A stretch of 61,537 nucleotides of DNA, from positions 1 to 61,537 of the forward strand of contig JAXHST010000081.1 of assembly GCA_034190325.1 (NCBI GenBank). The letters are read 5' to 3'. This DNA is from Thermoplasmatota archaeon (GTDB lineage: Archaea; Thermoplasmatota; UBA186; UBA287). Made by a program: the position numbers and the translations under genes. Of the stretch, positions 1 through 8,417 are shown piece after piece; positions within the stretch are counted from its first letter, which is position 1, and each line of letters opens with the position of its first letter. The notes under the pieces are model-generated. The model ran no database searches. It worked only from the letters and a program-made list of their open reading frames with translations, and had not been told where the DNA came from.

Positions 1-158
1 CCTTTCTTTATCATCTCAGCTGTTTCTTTAGCTGTCTCTTCCACATAATCCACAGATGCTACCTTAGCTCCTTCCTCTGCAAACAGCTTTGCAGCAGCCC
101 GCCCCATGCCAGACCCTGCTCCCGTAATGAGAGCAACTTTTCCATCAAGTTTTCCCAT
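1..158 (-). CDS. Short-chain dehydrogenase/reductase, N-terminal part only (runs off the window)
   Basis: Minus-strand translation from ATG at 158: MGKLDGKVALITGAGSGMGRAAAKLFAEEGAKV, the classic TGxxxGxG Rossmann motif of SDRs. GGTGAGG Shine-Dalgarno-like sequence lies just upstream. Confidence 0.6.
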   Translation of the reverse strand, partial: MGKLDGKVALITGAGSGMGRAAAKLFAEEGAKVASVDYVEETAKETAEMIKK

Positions 159-364
159 TTTCCTCACCAAGTAATATTACTTTTATTTCTATTTAATAAA
201 TTGGGGTGTATTATAAATTTTAAGCCAAAATGACACATTACCATTGTCAAGAAGGGATGTAACATGAGCAATAGAAATTAGAAAAATCAGCATAACAAAA
301 GAATACGGAAAATGGAAGAAGAAAAAGGCGTATACGGGTCTAAATGAGAAAAAAGGAGGGAAAA

Positions 365-685
365 ATGGAAGAATATATCCAGGTGATTACAACTGTGGGG
401 AGTAAAAGAGATGCTGAAAGAATAGCTAATGTTCTGGTAGAGAAACACCTTGCTGGCTGTGTTCAGATATCGGGCCCAATAGAAAGCATATACTGGTGGG
501 AGGGCAGAGTTGAAAGAACAGAAGAGTGGTTATGCGTTATCAAGAGCGAGAATAGCATCTATGGTGAAGTTGAAAGAGCCATTAAAAAGAACCATCCTTA
601 TGAGATACCAGAGATATTGGCTATATCTGTTATAGAAGGAAATAAAGATTATCTGGAATGGCTGAGCAAAGAGCTTAAGAAATAA
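365..685 (+). CDS. cutA: CutA1 divalent-cation tolerance protein
   Basis: Translation matches the CutA pattern (LAGCVQI...SIYWWEGRVE...HPYEIPEILA). Start moved to ATG 365, directly after AAGGAGGG; the ORF track starts at 344. Confidence 0.8.
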   Translation: MEEYIQVITTVGSKRDAERIANVLVEKHLAGCVQISGPIESIYWWEGRVERTEEWLCVIKSENSIYGEVERAIKKNHPYEIPEILAISVIEGNKDYLEWLSKELKK

Positions 686-864
686 AAGCCAGCATAGCCC
701 GGATCTGGCTGCAGCTGTGGATAGAGCGAGCGCCAAAGCAACAACTGCCCATTTCCCTCTTCATCATGCGCCCTAAATATGTCTCCTCTCATCCATAACC
801 TGCCCTCTCACCAGGGATCTCCTCAACTAACTCTCCTAAGCTCTGAGGATCCTCTTCTCCTATA

Positions 865-1542
865 TCATATGAGAGGTATGATCTCTGTGATCACATAGTT
901 CACAAAACTCTCAAAATCCGTTCTGCTGAACATCGTAACAACGCAATTCCTAGTCAACCCAACAACCCTGTTATTTAATGAAAAGACCACATACCACGGC
1001 TTTCCATGCTTAAGGTATTCTGCGTATAGCTCAGTATCCCTTAAGCTCTGCCCATAGAGTGAGAGCTTCTTTATGTCTGGTATATCTATATCGTCAAAGA
1101 ATATTACCTTGCTGTTGCTCTCTTCCGCAAGGTTCTGTAACACATCAGCTCCTATCCTTGACTCAACAATCTTGCCCAGACTTATAAATAGCTCCTTGCT
1201 GAGCATGTTTGCTATCTGGTTTGCTCTGCTCTTCTTTTCAAAGACTATGAGAAAAGAACCGTAAAAGATTATTGGCACATCCCTTGTTGCGGGTTGTGCT
1301 ATCCTCTGCCCTCTGTGGTTTATGTGTATAAGGTAATCTTCTCTGTACACCGCTCTTATCGCTTTTCCATCCTTTCTAACATCTTCAATGCTCTGCACAA
1401 GCTTTATTCCTTCCTCCTCTATATCCCTGTGCACAGTTTTGAGCTTGCCTGCGATCTCTCCCTCTTCCTCTACCCTGAATATCTTGCATGCCAGAACCAT
1501 ATGCTTAAATGCGATGTAAAGTTTAATATTTCTTCTATCCAT
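865..1542 (-). CDS. Hypothetical protein (225 aa), divergent from the SMC-like operon; weak Toprim-like E...DxD pattern
   Basis: Long ORF with host-like codon usage and no family recognised. A hydrophobic strand plus Glu (LIVFEKK, E102) and VIFFDDIDIPD about 49 aa later loosely resemble Toprim motifs. Start may be ATG 1542 or the internal Met at 1500. Confidence 0.5.
   Translation of the reverse strand: MDRRNIKLYIAFKHMVLACKIFRVEEEGEIAGKLKTVHRDIEEEGIKLVQSIEDVRKDGKAIRAVYREDYLIHINHRGQRIAQPATRDVPIIFYGSFLIVFEKKSRANQIANMLSKELFISLGKIVESRIGADVLQNLAEESNSKVIFFDDIDIPDIKKLSLYGQSLRDTELYAEYLKHGKPWYVVFSLNNRVVGLTRNCVVTMFSRTDFESFVNYVITEIIPLI
1521..1529 (+). promoter_or_regulatory. Candidate TATA box (TTTAATATT) for the SMC-like operon
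   Basis: A/T element 23-31 nt upstream of ATG 1552. AAGGAAG RBS-like sequence at 1545-1551. The element lies inside the first codons of the divergent gene. Confidence 0.25.
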
Positions 1543-1551
1543 TTAAGGAAG

Positions 1552-3198
1552 ATGGCATGGATAAAAGAAGTGCGGCTTGAGAACTTCATGAGCTATGATT
1601 ATGCCAGGATCCCACTGAAGGACGGGGTCAATCTCGTCGTAGGGCCTAATGGTAGCGGGAAGTCTTCAATCCTTTTAGCGATCTCTCTGGCCTTCGGGCA
1701 GATATACACAGAGCGCTCGAAAAAGCTGAGCGATCTCATCAAATGGGGCAAGGATGCTGCCAGAGTCTCTTTGTTGATAGACAACTCCAAAAAGAATGGT
1801 AGGAGAACATTTGGTTTCTCAAATTCAGACACAGTGATGATATCGCGCTATATAAAGAGTGATGGAAGCTACTGGTATGAGATAGACTACAGGGAAGCAA
1901 GCTTATATGAGGTTCAATCCATTTTCAAGAGGATCGGCATAAATCCGAGCAATATGCTCATAATAATGCACCAGAACACACTTGAGCGGTTCAGCGCTTT
2001 GAAGCCTGAGGAGAAACTTTCATTGCTTGAGGATGCTGTGGGTTTCGGGAGTTATAGGAGCAGGATCATAGATTCCAGGAAGAAGCTTCAATCTGTGAGA
2101 GATGAGCTTGAAGAGGTTGAAAAAAACTCTGCGAACGCCAATGAGACCCTGGCTTACTGGAACAGGGTTTATGAAGGGTTTTTGCAGAAGAAAAAGCTTG
2201 AGGAAAAGTTAGACTCTTTAGCTCTTGAGCTCTCCTGGGCTAAGGTCCTGCGGGAGGAAAAGGCTCTTGCGAAACTGGAGAAGGAGGCGGAGAAGAAGAA
2301 AAAGGATGTAGAGAGACTTGAGAAGGAGATAGGTCTCTGGAGTGCGGAAGCGGAAAAAATGAGAGAAGAGCTCCTGCGCAGCATTAGTGAAGAGTTGCTT
2401 GAGGCATATGTAAAAAAGAGGGTTGATGTTGCGCTTAATGCTTTCAAAATTGAGCTTTTAAAAGGAGAGATCCTCTCTTTGAATGAAGAGATAAAGAGGA
2501 TTGCGCAGTACATAGAATCTACAATGCCCCAGGGTGCGAGAATGGAGAGCAATAGAACAACAAAGGAGATAGAGGAAGAGATAGGAAAAACAAAGGAAGA
2601 GGTAGTAAGGATAGGGGACATTCCGGATAATGCGGAAGAGGTCTACAGAAGCTTTGCTGATGAGTTCTATAAAGTAGAGGAGAAGCGTAAAGAGCTGGAG
2701 GGAAACAGAGATGCTGTTGGGGGGGAGTTGAAGGAGAGAGAAAAGAAGTGGAGAGAGAAGGTTGAGGGGCTAATAAAGGGCATAGAGCCCAGGTTCAGAG
2801 CAATTCTGAGGGAGGTGGATGGGGATGGATACATAAAGGTTGTCGGGCAGAGTGTAGAGGAGAGCGGTCTGGAGATATATGTGGGTTTCAAGAGTAATGA
2901 GCCAAGGCTTCTGGATCCCATGACGCACAGCGGTGGTGAAAGGGCTGCAGCAACAATGGCTTTTCTTCTAGCGATACAGCAGAACATAAAATCAAAGTTC
3001 AGGGCTATAGATGAGTTTGATGTGCACATGGATCTGCGCAACAGGGAGAGGATCTACAACATAATAATAAGCAGCGTCAAAGAGGATGAGCAGTATCTGA
3101 TAATAACTCCCAACCAGATAACTGTGAGGGATGAGAGGATGGGCATTATTGTCGTGCAGAGAAGCGGAGAAGCTTTGGCTATGAAGAGGGAAGCATGA
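1552..3198 (+). CDS. Half-size SMC-like ABC ATPase (548 aa), short coiled coil, no hinge or zinc hook
   Basis: Walker A GPNGSGKSS (nt 1642-1668), Q-loop IIMHQNT, about 230 aa of heptad-rich E/K/L sequence, signature HSGGERAAATMAF (from nt 2929), Walker B FRAIDEFDVHMD (nt 2998-3033). Start set at MAWIKEVRLENF; the track's 1294 extension is antisense overlap with 865..1542. Confidence 0.8.
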   Translation: MAWIKEVRLENFMSYDYARIPLKDGVNLVVGPNGSGKSSILLAISLAFGQIYTERSKKLSDLIKWGKDAARVSLLIDNSKKNGRRTFGFSNSDTVMISRYIKSDGSYWYEIDYREASLYEVQSIFKRIGINPSNMLIIMHQNTLERFSALKPEEKLSLLEDAVGFGSYRSRIIDSRKKLQSVRDELEEVEKNSANANETLAYWNRVYEGFLQKKKLEEKLDSLALELSWAKVLREEKALAKLEKEAEKKKKDVERLEKEIGLWSAEAEKMREELLRSISEELLEAYVKKRVDVALNAFKIELLKGEILSLNEEIKRIAQYIESTMPQGARMESNRTTKEIEEEIGKTKEEVVRIGDIPDNAEEVYRSFADEFYKVEEKRKELEGNRDAVGGELKEREKKWREKVEGLIKGIEPRFRAILREVDGDGYIKVVGQSVEESGLEIYVGFKSNEPRLLDPMTHSGGERAAATMAFLLAIQQNIKSKFRAIDEFDVHMDLRNRERIYNIIISSVKEDEQYLIITPNQITVRDERMGIIVVQRSGEALAMKREA

Positions 3199-3908
3199 AT
3201 GTCTATGAGGAGATAGAGGAATTCCTTGAGATGTGCAAAAAGATAATTGAGGAAGGTAAGGATCCTTTCAACCTGGACGTAAAGGAAGCTTTAGAGAGAC
3301 TTAAGGGTTTGAAAGACAGCTTTGATGATCTCGATATGGACTCTGAAGCTTTATGGACGTTAACGGGGATCATTGAGGCACAGGAAGGGTGGCTGGAAAA
3401 GAGGCTGGGCTCAATGCTGATAGACCCCATGCTTGTTGAATTCAGAATAAAAGGGATGAGCAGGGAAGCGCTTAGAGCTCTGGCTATCAGGTGCTATCAT
3501 CCCCTGGCTACCATAGAGACTCTTACTACTGCAAGGATAAAGGAGGCTGCTGATTACTGGAGGGCGAAAGAGAAAGGTAAATGGGCTCTCGGTGAAGAGA
3601 GCGCACATGAAATAGAGCCCATATATCTAAAAGAGCTCTATAGCCTGGATATTCTCTCCAGGGAAGAGTTTGAAAAGAAGATGGATGAGCTAAAAAGAGA
3701 GCTCAGCGGTGTAAAAAGCACGGATTATTTTGATTTTGTGAATGGAAAGAACTTTCAGGAAACGTTTGAGAGAGCTTATGTTCTCTCATTTCTCATAACA
3801 GAGGGCTTTGTTCTGTTAGATGTGGACAGAATAAATGAGAAGGTAGAGATCGTAAGAGCTGGAAAAAAAGGAAAGAAAAGTTCTTCCGTTGCTATACCGG
3901 TGTGGTGA
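3195..3908 (+). CDS. Kleisin-like protein (ScpA/Nse4-like)
   Basis: ATGA start/stop overlap with the SMC-like gene. 237 aa with a helical N-terminus (KDPFNLDVKEALERL...) and a C-terminal winged-helix-like segment (FERAYVLSFLITEGFVLLDVDRINEKVEIV) like kleisin C-terminal domains. Assignment by pattern only. Confidence 0.5.
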   Translation: MNVYEEIEEFLEMCKKIIEEGKDPFNLDVKEALERLKGLKDSFDDLDMDSEALWTLTGIIEAQEGWLEKRLGSMLIDPMLVEFRIKGMSREALRALAIRCYHPLATIETLTTARIKEAADYWRAKEKGKWALGEESAHEIEPIYLKELYSLDILSREEFEKKMDELKRELSGVKSTDYFDFVNGKNFQETFERAYVLSFLITEGFVLLDVDRINEKVEIVRAGKKGKKSSSVAIPVW

Positions 3909-3910
3909 TC

Positions 3911-4393
3911 ATGGCTGACGAAAAGGAGAGAGCTCTGGAGCTTCTCATGCTGAGAAGACACAGGGTGCCAGGAGCAACAGAGAGCGAGCTTGTCTCAGAA
4001 TTTGGTAAAGGATACGCTGATATACTGAAAGAGCTAGAAGGAGCACTGCAATCTCTGGGTTTAGAGATAAGGGGCGTTGAGGACACAAAGGGAGAAAAGA
4101 GGTATTTCATAACCTTTAAAGAGGTAAAAAAGAAAACAAATACACCAAGGATAGATGAGGTCTCTGCTATAGTAGCTTGCGTGGCTTACATAAATGCAAA
4201 AAAAGAGAAGGTGAAGAGAGAAGAGCTTGAGGGTCTGCTGAAGGAAAAGTTCTCAAGAAGGTCAATAGAGATATACATCTCAAGGGCTATAAGAGGGGGA
4301 TACCTTGTTGAGAAGGATGGTTATTTTGATATAGGGTGGAGAAGCCATGCAGAGATAGATTTAAAAGAGTTGAGCAATATCCTTACTGGATGA
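3911..4393 (+). CDS. Tandem winged-helix 'kite' protein (ScpB / Nse3-MAGE-like)
   Basis: 161 aa, two WH-like halves. LELLMLRRHRVPGATESELVSEF..YADILKELEGALQSLGLEIRGVED...RYFITF and ...GGYLVEKDGYFDIGWRSHAEIDLKEL resemble the MAGE-homology WH-A/WH-B layout. ATG sits 3 nt after the upstream stop (alternative GTG at 3902). Confidence 0.5.
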   Translation: MADEKERALELLMLRRHRVPGATESELVSEFGKGYADILKELEGALQSLGLEIRGVEDTKGEKRYFITFKEVKKKTNTPRIDEVSAIVACVAYINAKKEKVKREELEGLLKEKFSRRSIEIYISRAIRGGYLVEKDGYFDIGWRSHAEIDLKELSNILTG

Positions 4394-4908
4394 GCTGGTA
4401 TTACGCTTTTAATGACGAGCTTCAGCAAAAACTGGATAGAGCATACGCGCTGTGCCAGAAGCTTCTCGCACTGAAGCGCGGGAGTGAGGAATACAAAGAA
4501 GCACTGAAACAACTTTTTGGGGGTATAGGGAATAAAACCGTGGTTAGAGTGCCATTTTTCTGTGATTATGGAAAGAACATCTTCATAGGCAGTGACTGCT
4601 TCATAAATTATGATTGTGTGTTCCTTGACGAAGGAAGAATCGACATAGGAGACAGAGTGTGGATCGGTCCGGGGGTGCACATATATGGTGTTGAGCATAA
4701 ACTCGAGGTAGATAAAAGGAGCAATATAAGAGATGTGCCTGTTGTTATAGAGAATGATGTGTGGATTGGTGGGCATGCCACGATATTGCCGGGCATTACG
4801 CTGGGCAGAGGCTGTGCGGTCGGCGCAGGGAGTGTTGTTACAAAGAGTGTGGATAGTAAAGCTGTTGTAGCTGGCAATCCGGCAAAGGAGATAAGGAAAA
4901 CAGTATAA
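4390..4908 (+). CDS. maa: Maltose/galactoside O-acetyltransferase-type hexapeptide-repeat acetyltransferase
   Basis: N-terminal Mac-like helix (ELQQKLDRAYALCQKL), then left-handed beta-helix repeats (IGDRVWIGPGVHI...VIENDVWIGGHATILPGITLGRGCAVGAGSVV). ATGA overlap with the upstream stop. Confidence 0.75.
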   Translation: MSWYYAFNDELQQKLDRAYALCQKLLALKRGSEEYKEALKQLFGGIGNKTVVRVPFFCDYGKNIFIGSDCFINYDCVFLDEGRIDIGDRVWIGPGVHIYGVEHKLEVDKRSNIRDVPVVIENDVWIGGHATILPGITLGRGCAVGAGSVVTKSVDSKAVVAGNPAKEIRKTV

Positions 4909-4931
4909 AGCAAAAAGTGCATAGTTTAATT

Positions 4932-5852
4932 ATGCGATTTAACCTTAGAAGAAAGAAAAAAGAAGAACCTTCTGTTGAAACTTTTGAGCAAAATTTTGTT
5001 CCACAACAGGAGTTCGCTCCACCGCAGGAGGGCAGCGCTCCGGACATTTTAGCGGACAGGGTTGACATGCTTGATTCCTCTGTATCAGCCATAAGAGGAT
5101 GGGTTGAAGATGCGAGGAATAGAATAACTGCTTTAGAGGGGACGGTTAATGATACCGTTGTGCCTCTGAGAAGAGATCTCGAAGATGTTAAGAAGGATGT
5201 AAGCTCGATGGACGAGAAGTTACAGCAGCTCATGGCATTGTATGAGGTCATATCGACGCAGTATAATCCATTTATAGAGACATCCGCAGCCCCACCACCG
5301 CAAGCCGAAAATGGGAGTAAAGAAGAGAAGGAGATTGAGCAGCTTTTGCGCTCTGTTGCCCCAGAAGAGTTTGCGACAGCTCCGGGCGAAAACGTTGTGG
5401 AGATGCAGGAGGGCTATGAGACTTTAGAGGAGCCTGAATCTGCTGAGCTTGCGCCCATAACAGAGGAGGAGTTCGGCGTTGACCTTGGGGGCGGTTATGA
5501 ACTTGGCTATGAGCCTAAGGCAGTTTTAGGCGGTATACCAGATACTTACAGTAGCAACGCATTCACCATAAAACTTCTTGAATTCCTTATATCTAAGATC
5601 GGTAGAAAAAACCTCCCAGATCTATTAGAATACTATGAATCTATAGGCTGGATAGGTAAGGATGCAAGGAAGCAGCTTCTTGAAATGGCATCAGGTGTCT
5701 CTGTCAGCGAGGGTTTTTCCACAGACTGGAAGCTGAGCGCTGCTGATAACCTCAAGGTGCTTCAGTTCATCCAGGAAATAAGGGGGAAGCCAATAAGGAA
5801 GAGCGAGCTTGAAGAGATTGAGAGAAAGGCAGAGAAAATAAAGGGTGTATGA
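4932..5852 (+). CDS. Archaellum accessory protein ArlC/D/E (FlaC-like coiled coil plus FlaD/E domain)
   Basis: N-terminal coiled coil (DRVDMLDSSVSAIRGWVEDARNRITALEG...) and C-terminal FlaD/E signature (FTIKLLEFLISKIGRKNLPDLLEYYESIGWIGKDARKQLLEMASG). Confidence 0.65.
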   Translation: MRFNLRRKKKEEPSVETFEQNFVPQQEFAPPQEGSAPDILADRVDMLDSSVSAIRGWVEDARNRITALEGTVNDTVVPLRRDLEDVKKDVSSMDEKLQQLMALYEVISTQYNPFIETSAAPPPQAENGSKEEKEIEQLLRSVAPEEFATAPGENVVEMQEGYETLEEPESAELAPITEEEFGVDLGGGYELGYEPKAVLGGIPDTYSSNAFTIKLLEFLISKIGRKNLPDLLEYYESIGWIGKDARKQLLEMASGVSVSEGFSTDWKLSAADNLKVLQFIQEIRGKPIRKSELEEIERKAEKIKGV

Positions 5853-6256
5853 GCCTAAGCTCTGTGGCTGTAACATCAATTCTGGTGGTAGGGCTCATAG
5901 TCGCAGGTGGAATTTTATTACAGAGCATAACATTCAATCTGGAGCGCTTTATAGAAGGGTATGAGAATCTATACGAAATAAATAGCTCAGCAAGGGAGAT
6001 AGAGGTAAGAATAGAGGATATCCACGTTTCAGCAAGGGATGCTGTTTTGAGGATAGATGTGCTAAATGAAGGGCAAAGAGAAGTTAGTGATATATACGTG
6101 ATGGTCGATGGATCCGTCGTTCTGCACGAAAATAGCACGGTTTTCCCTTATGAGACCATAACCTTAGAGATACCTATAGAAAAAGCGAACCTGCGGAGAG
6201 GGAGCAGGATAAAGGTCATAGCTGATGGCTTCGCTGCTTACGCTGTATACTCCTAG
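5849..6256 (+). CDS. ArlF/ArlG-like (FlaF/FlaG family) protein
   Basis: ATGA overlap with the ArlCDE gene. N-terminal hydrophobic helix (VAVTSILVVGLIVAGGILL) followed by a beta-rich domain, 135 aa, typical of FlaF/FlaG. Confidence 0.45.
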   Translation: MSLSSVAVTSILVVGLIVAGGILLQSITFNLERFIEGYENLYEINSSAREIEVRIEDIHVSARDAVLRIDVLNEGQREVSDIYVMVDGSVVLHENSTVFPYETITLEIPIEKANLRRGSRIKVIADGFAAYAVYS

Positions 6257-7482
6257 GCTATCTCGTAGTTTTCCCCATCTTTTGGCAGAAGAACATTGTA
6301 ATTTGACAGATCCTTCGCCAGTAGCTCTCTCTTATCTCCATGGTAGAGCACAACATTTTCAGGCCTGCATTCGTCTATAAATCTCACAAGAGCCCTGTGA
6401 TCAGCATGCGCAGAGAAATCAAAGAACTTTACATTACATTTTGGTTTTCCTATATCCCCATCGAGCTCTATCGTCCCTGTGTCAAGCAGTCTTCTTCCAT
6501 TGGTGCCCTCAACCTGGTATCCTGTAAGAAATATGCTGTTTCTTTCATCATCCTTTATGTGTTTTATATAGAACAGTGCCGGTCCTCCATCGAGCATACC
6601 GCTTGTGGTTATCACCGCACCCCCGTTCTTCAAAAGCTTTTTTCTGTGCGAGTCATTGTTTACAAACTTTACACGACTGAGCGCTTTTTTTAGCTTGCTT
6701 GCAGATCGCAAAAATTTCCCATCGCTCAAGAATGTTGTTGCGATCCTTTTGCTCATACCATCCAGATAAACATCTATACCAAGGCCCTCAAGCATCATGG
6801 CTACTTCCTGGCTTCTTGCTACAGCAAACGCGGGTATGACAGCTACGCCTCCCCTCTTTATGGTATCGCTAACATCATCTCTGAACTCTTTTACAAGCTC
6901 TTCTCTGTTCGGGTGTTCTCTTCCTGCATATGTTGATTCTATGAAAAGGTTATCACACCTTATCGGCTTTACCCCACCTATCAACATGGAATCTACTGTG
7001 TTCATATCGCCTGTTATCAGAGTCCTTGAACCGTTGTTTATTTCAAACATTGTTGACCCTGGTATGTGTCCGGAGGAATATCCCCTTATATCTATTCCTC
7101 CTAGCTCAAATTTCTCACCATACTCTACAGGCTCGAAGTAGTTGCGCAAACTTGCTACATCACCCTCAGAGAATGGAAGGCTATAGCCCTCTAACTTTGA
7201 TACCTTTAGATTATCTCTGGCAAGGATCTCTGTTATGCTCTGCGTCATTGTGGTGGCAAATATCCTTGGTCCCCTTGCGGAAGAGAGCCAGGGTATGAGA
7301 CCACTGTGGTCTACGTGTGCGTGGGTCAGCAAGCAGAAATCTATGTTCGGACTTTCCTTAGGGAAAGATGGCGGTTTGCCCGGTGTAAACCCATAGTCCA
7401 ACAAAAACCTGTACTCGGGCAAATCGAACAGTATGCCCGCCATACCGACCTCTTCAGCTCCTCCTAGAAAAGAGAATTTCAT
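6253..7482 (-). CDS. Metallo-beta-lactamase / beta-CASP ribonuclease (aCPSF2-like)
   Basis: HxHxDH motif (LLTHAHVDHSG); C-terminal beta-CASP-type motifs (FSAHADH, VLYHGD); 409 aa with no KH domains. Its stop overlaps the arlF/G-like stop (CTAG). Confidence 0.75.
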   Translation of the reverse strand: MKFSFLGGAEEVGMAGILFDLPEYRFLLDYGFTPGKPPSFPKESPNIDFCLLTHAHVDHSGLIPWLSSARGPRIFATTMTQSITEILARDNLKVSKLEGYSLPFSEGDVASLRNYFEPVEYGEKFELGGIDIRGYSSGHIPGSTMFEINNGSRTLITGDMNTVDSMLIGGVKPIRCDNLFIESTYAGREHPNREELVKEFRDDVSDTIKRGGVAVIPAFAVARSQEVAMMLEGLGIDVYLDGMSKRIATTFLSDGKFLRSASKLKKALSRVKFVNNDSHRKKLLKNGGAVITTSGMLDGGPALFYIKHIKDDERNSIFLTGYQVEGTNGRRLLDTGTIELDGDIGKPKCNVKFFDFSAHADHRALVRFIDECRPENVVLYHGDKRELLAKDLSNYNVLLPKDGENYEIA

Positions 7483-7494
7483 CTTCTCTCACCT

Positions 7495-7857
7495 CTACCT
7501 TGCAAAACACCTGTCAGGCAGTTTTTCATATATGTTTGTCTCTTTTTTTTCTCCATTGTTATCACTGAATATTGATGCTTTTTTTATAGATCCTCTCTCA
7601 AGGATCCAGTAATGTATTCTCCACTCTCTACTGTCATAGAGAGTGACAACCTCCATTCCGGGTCTTATAAAACCTGCATTTTCTAAAGCATAGAATAGTT
7701 GTCTGTCCTGTGGCTCAAGTATATTATCTATTACCCTATCTTCAAATCCGAACAAATTTAGCACTGCTTCCGCACCTTTAACTGCATCTTCTTCATCCAG
7801 TTTGAGTTTTCCCTCAATTGCTTTAACTAACTCCTCCCGGGTTATAAGGTCCTTCAT
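7495..7857 (-). CDS. Hypothetical protein (120 aa), co-transcribed upstream of the beta-CASP nuclease
   Basis: ORF with host-like composition and a 12 nt gap to the downstream gene. No family recognised. Confidence 0.45.
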   Translation of the reverse strand: MKDLITREELVKAIEGKLKLDEEDAVKGAEAVLNLFGFEDRVIDNILEPQDRQLFYALENAGFIRPGMEVVTLYDSREWRIHYWILERGSIKKASIFSDNNGEKKETNIYEKLPDRCFAR

Positions 7858-7973
7858 TTTTTCTTCACTTCAATTATAGTATATAGTATAACAAATATTT
7901 AAAACCTTTGTTAGAAGACTTTTTTTTAAGTTTCAACAAATATTATAACAGGAGGAGGCATTATCCTAACAGA

Positions 7974-8417
7974 ATGATCTCCCTGAGGCGTGCAACAGCG
8001 AAAGACGCAGAGATCCTTGCCAGCTGGTTCAATGATAGAACAAATACAGAATACATGGATGATACAAGAGAGAGCTATGACGCAGAATACCTGAAGGATA
8101 AATTGGGAGCCATGGATTTTATAATCCTGCTCGATGAAAAACCTATAGGCTACTGTTTTCTATACGATATCAAAGATGGCAGGGCTGAGATATCCGTACT
8201 AATAGGGGATAAAGCTAAACAGGGTAAAGGCTATGGGAAGGAGGCTTTACGTTTGTTGTGCGATACCGCATTTAAGGAATTAGGTTTGAAAGAGCTCTTT
8301 GCTCGCGTTGATGAGGATAACGCACCCTCTTTAAGGATATTAGATAGGTGTGGTTTTTACAGGGCTGGAAAGAAGGGCAGGGATATCCTATTTTTTAAGA
8401 AGAACTATAGCTTATAA
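7974..8417 (+). CDS. GNAT family N-acetyltransferase
   Basis: GNAT motif A region (KAKQGKGYGKEALRLLCDTAF). Start set at ATG 7974 (MISLRRATAKD) after GGAGGAGG; the track start 7908 is TTG. Confidence 0.75.
   Translation: MISLRRATAKDAEILASWFNDRTNTEYMDDTRESYDAEYLKDKLGAMDFIILLDEKPIGYCFLYDIKDGRAEISVLIGDKAKQGKGYGKEALRLLCDTAFKELGLKELFARVDEDNAPSLRILDRCGFYRAGKKGRDILFFKKNYSL

Noticed and set aside
1294-1551. 86-codon N-terminal extension of the SMC-like ORF in the ORF track.
   Set aside because: It is antisense overlap with the 865..1542 gene and has an odd composition (MCYPLPSVVYVYK...). The canonical ABC N-terminus MAWIKEVRLENF starts at ATG 1552, preceded by AAGGAAG.
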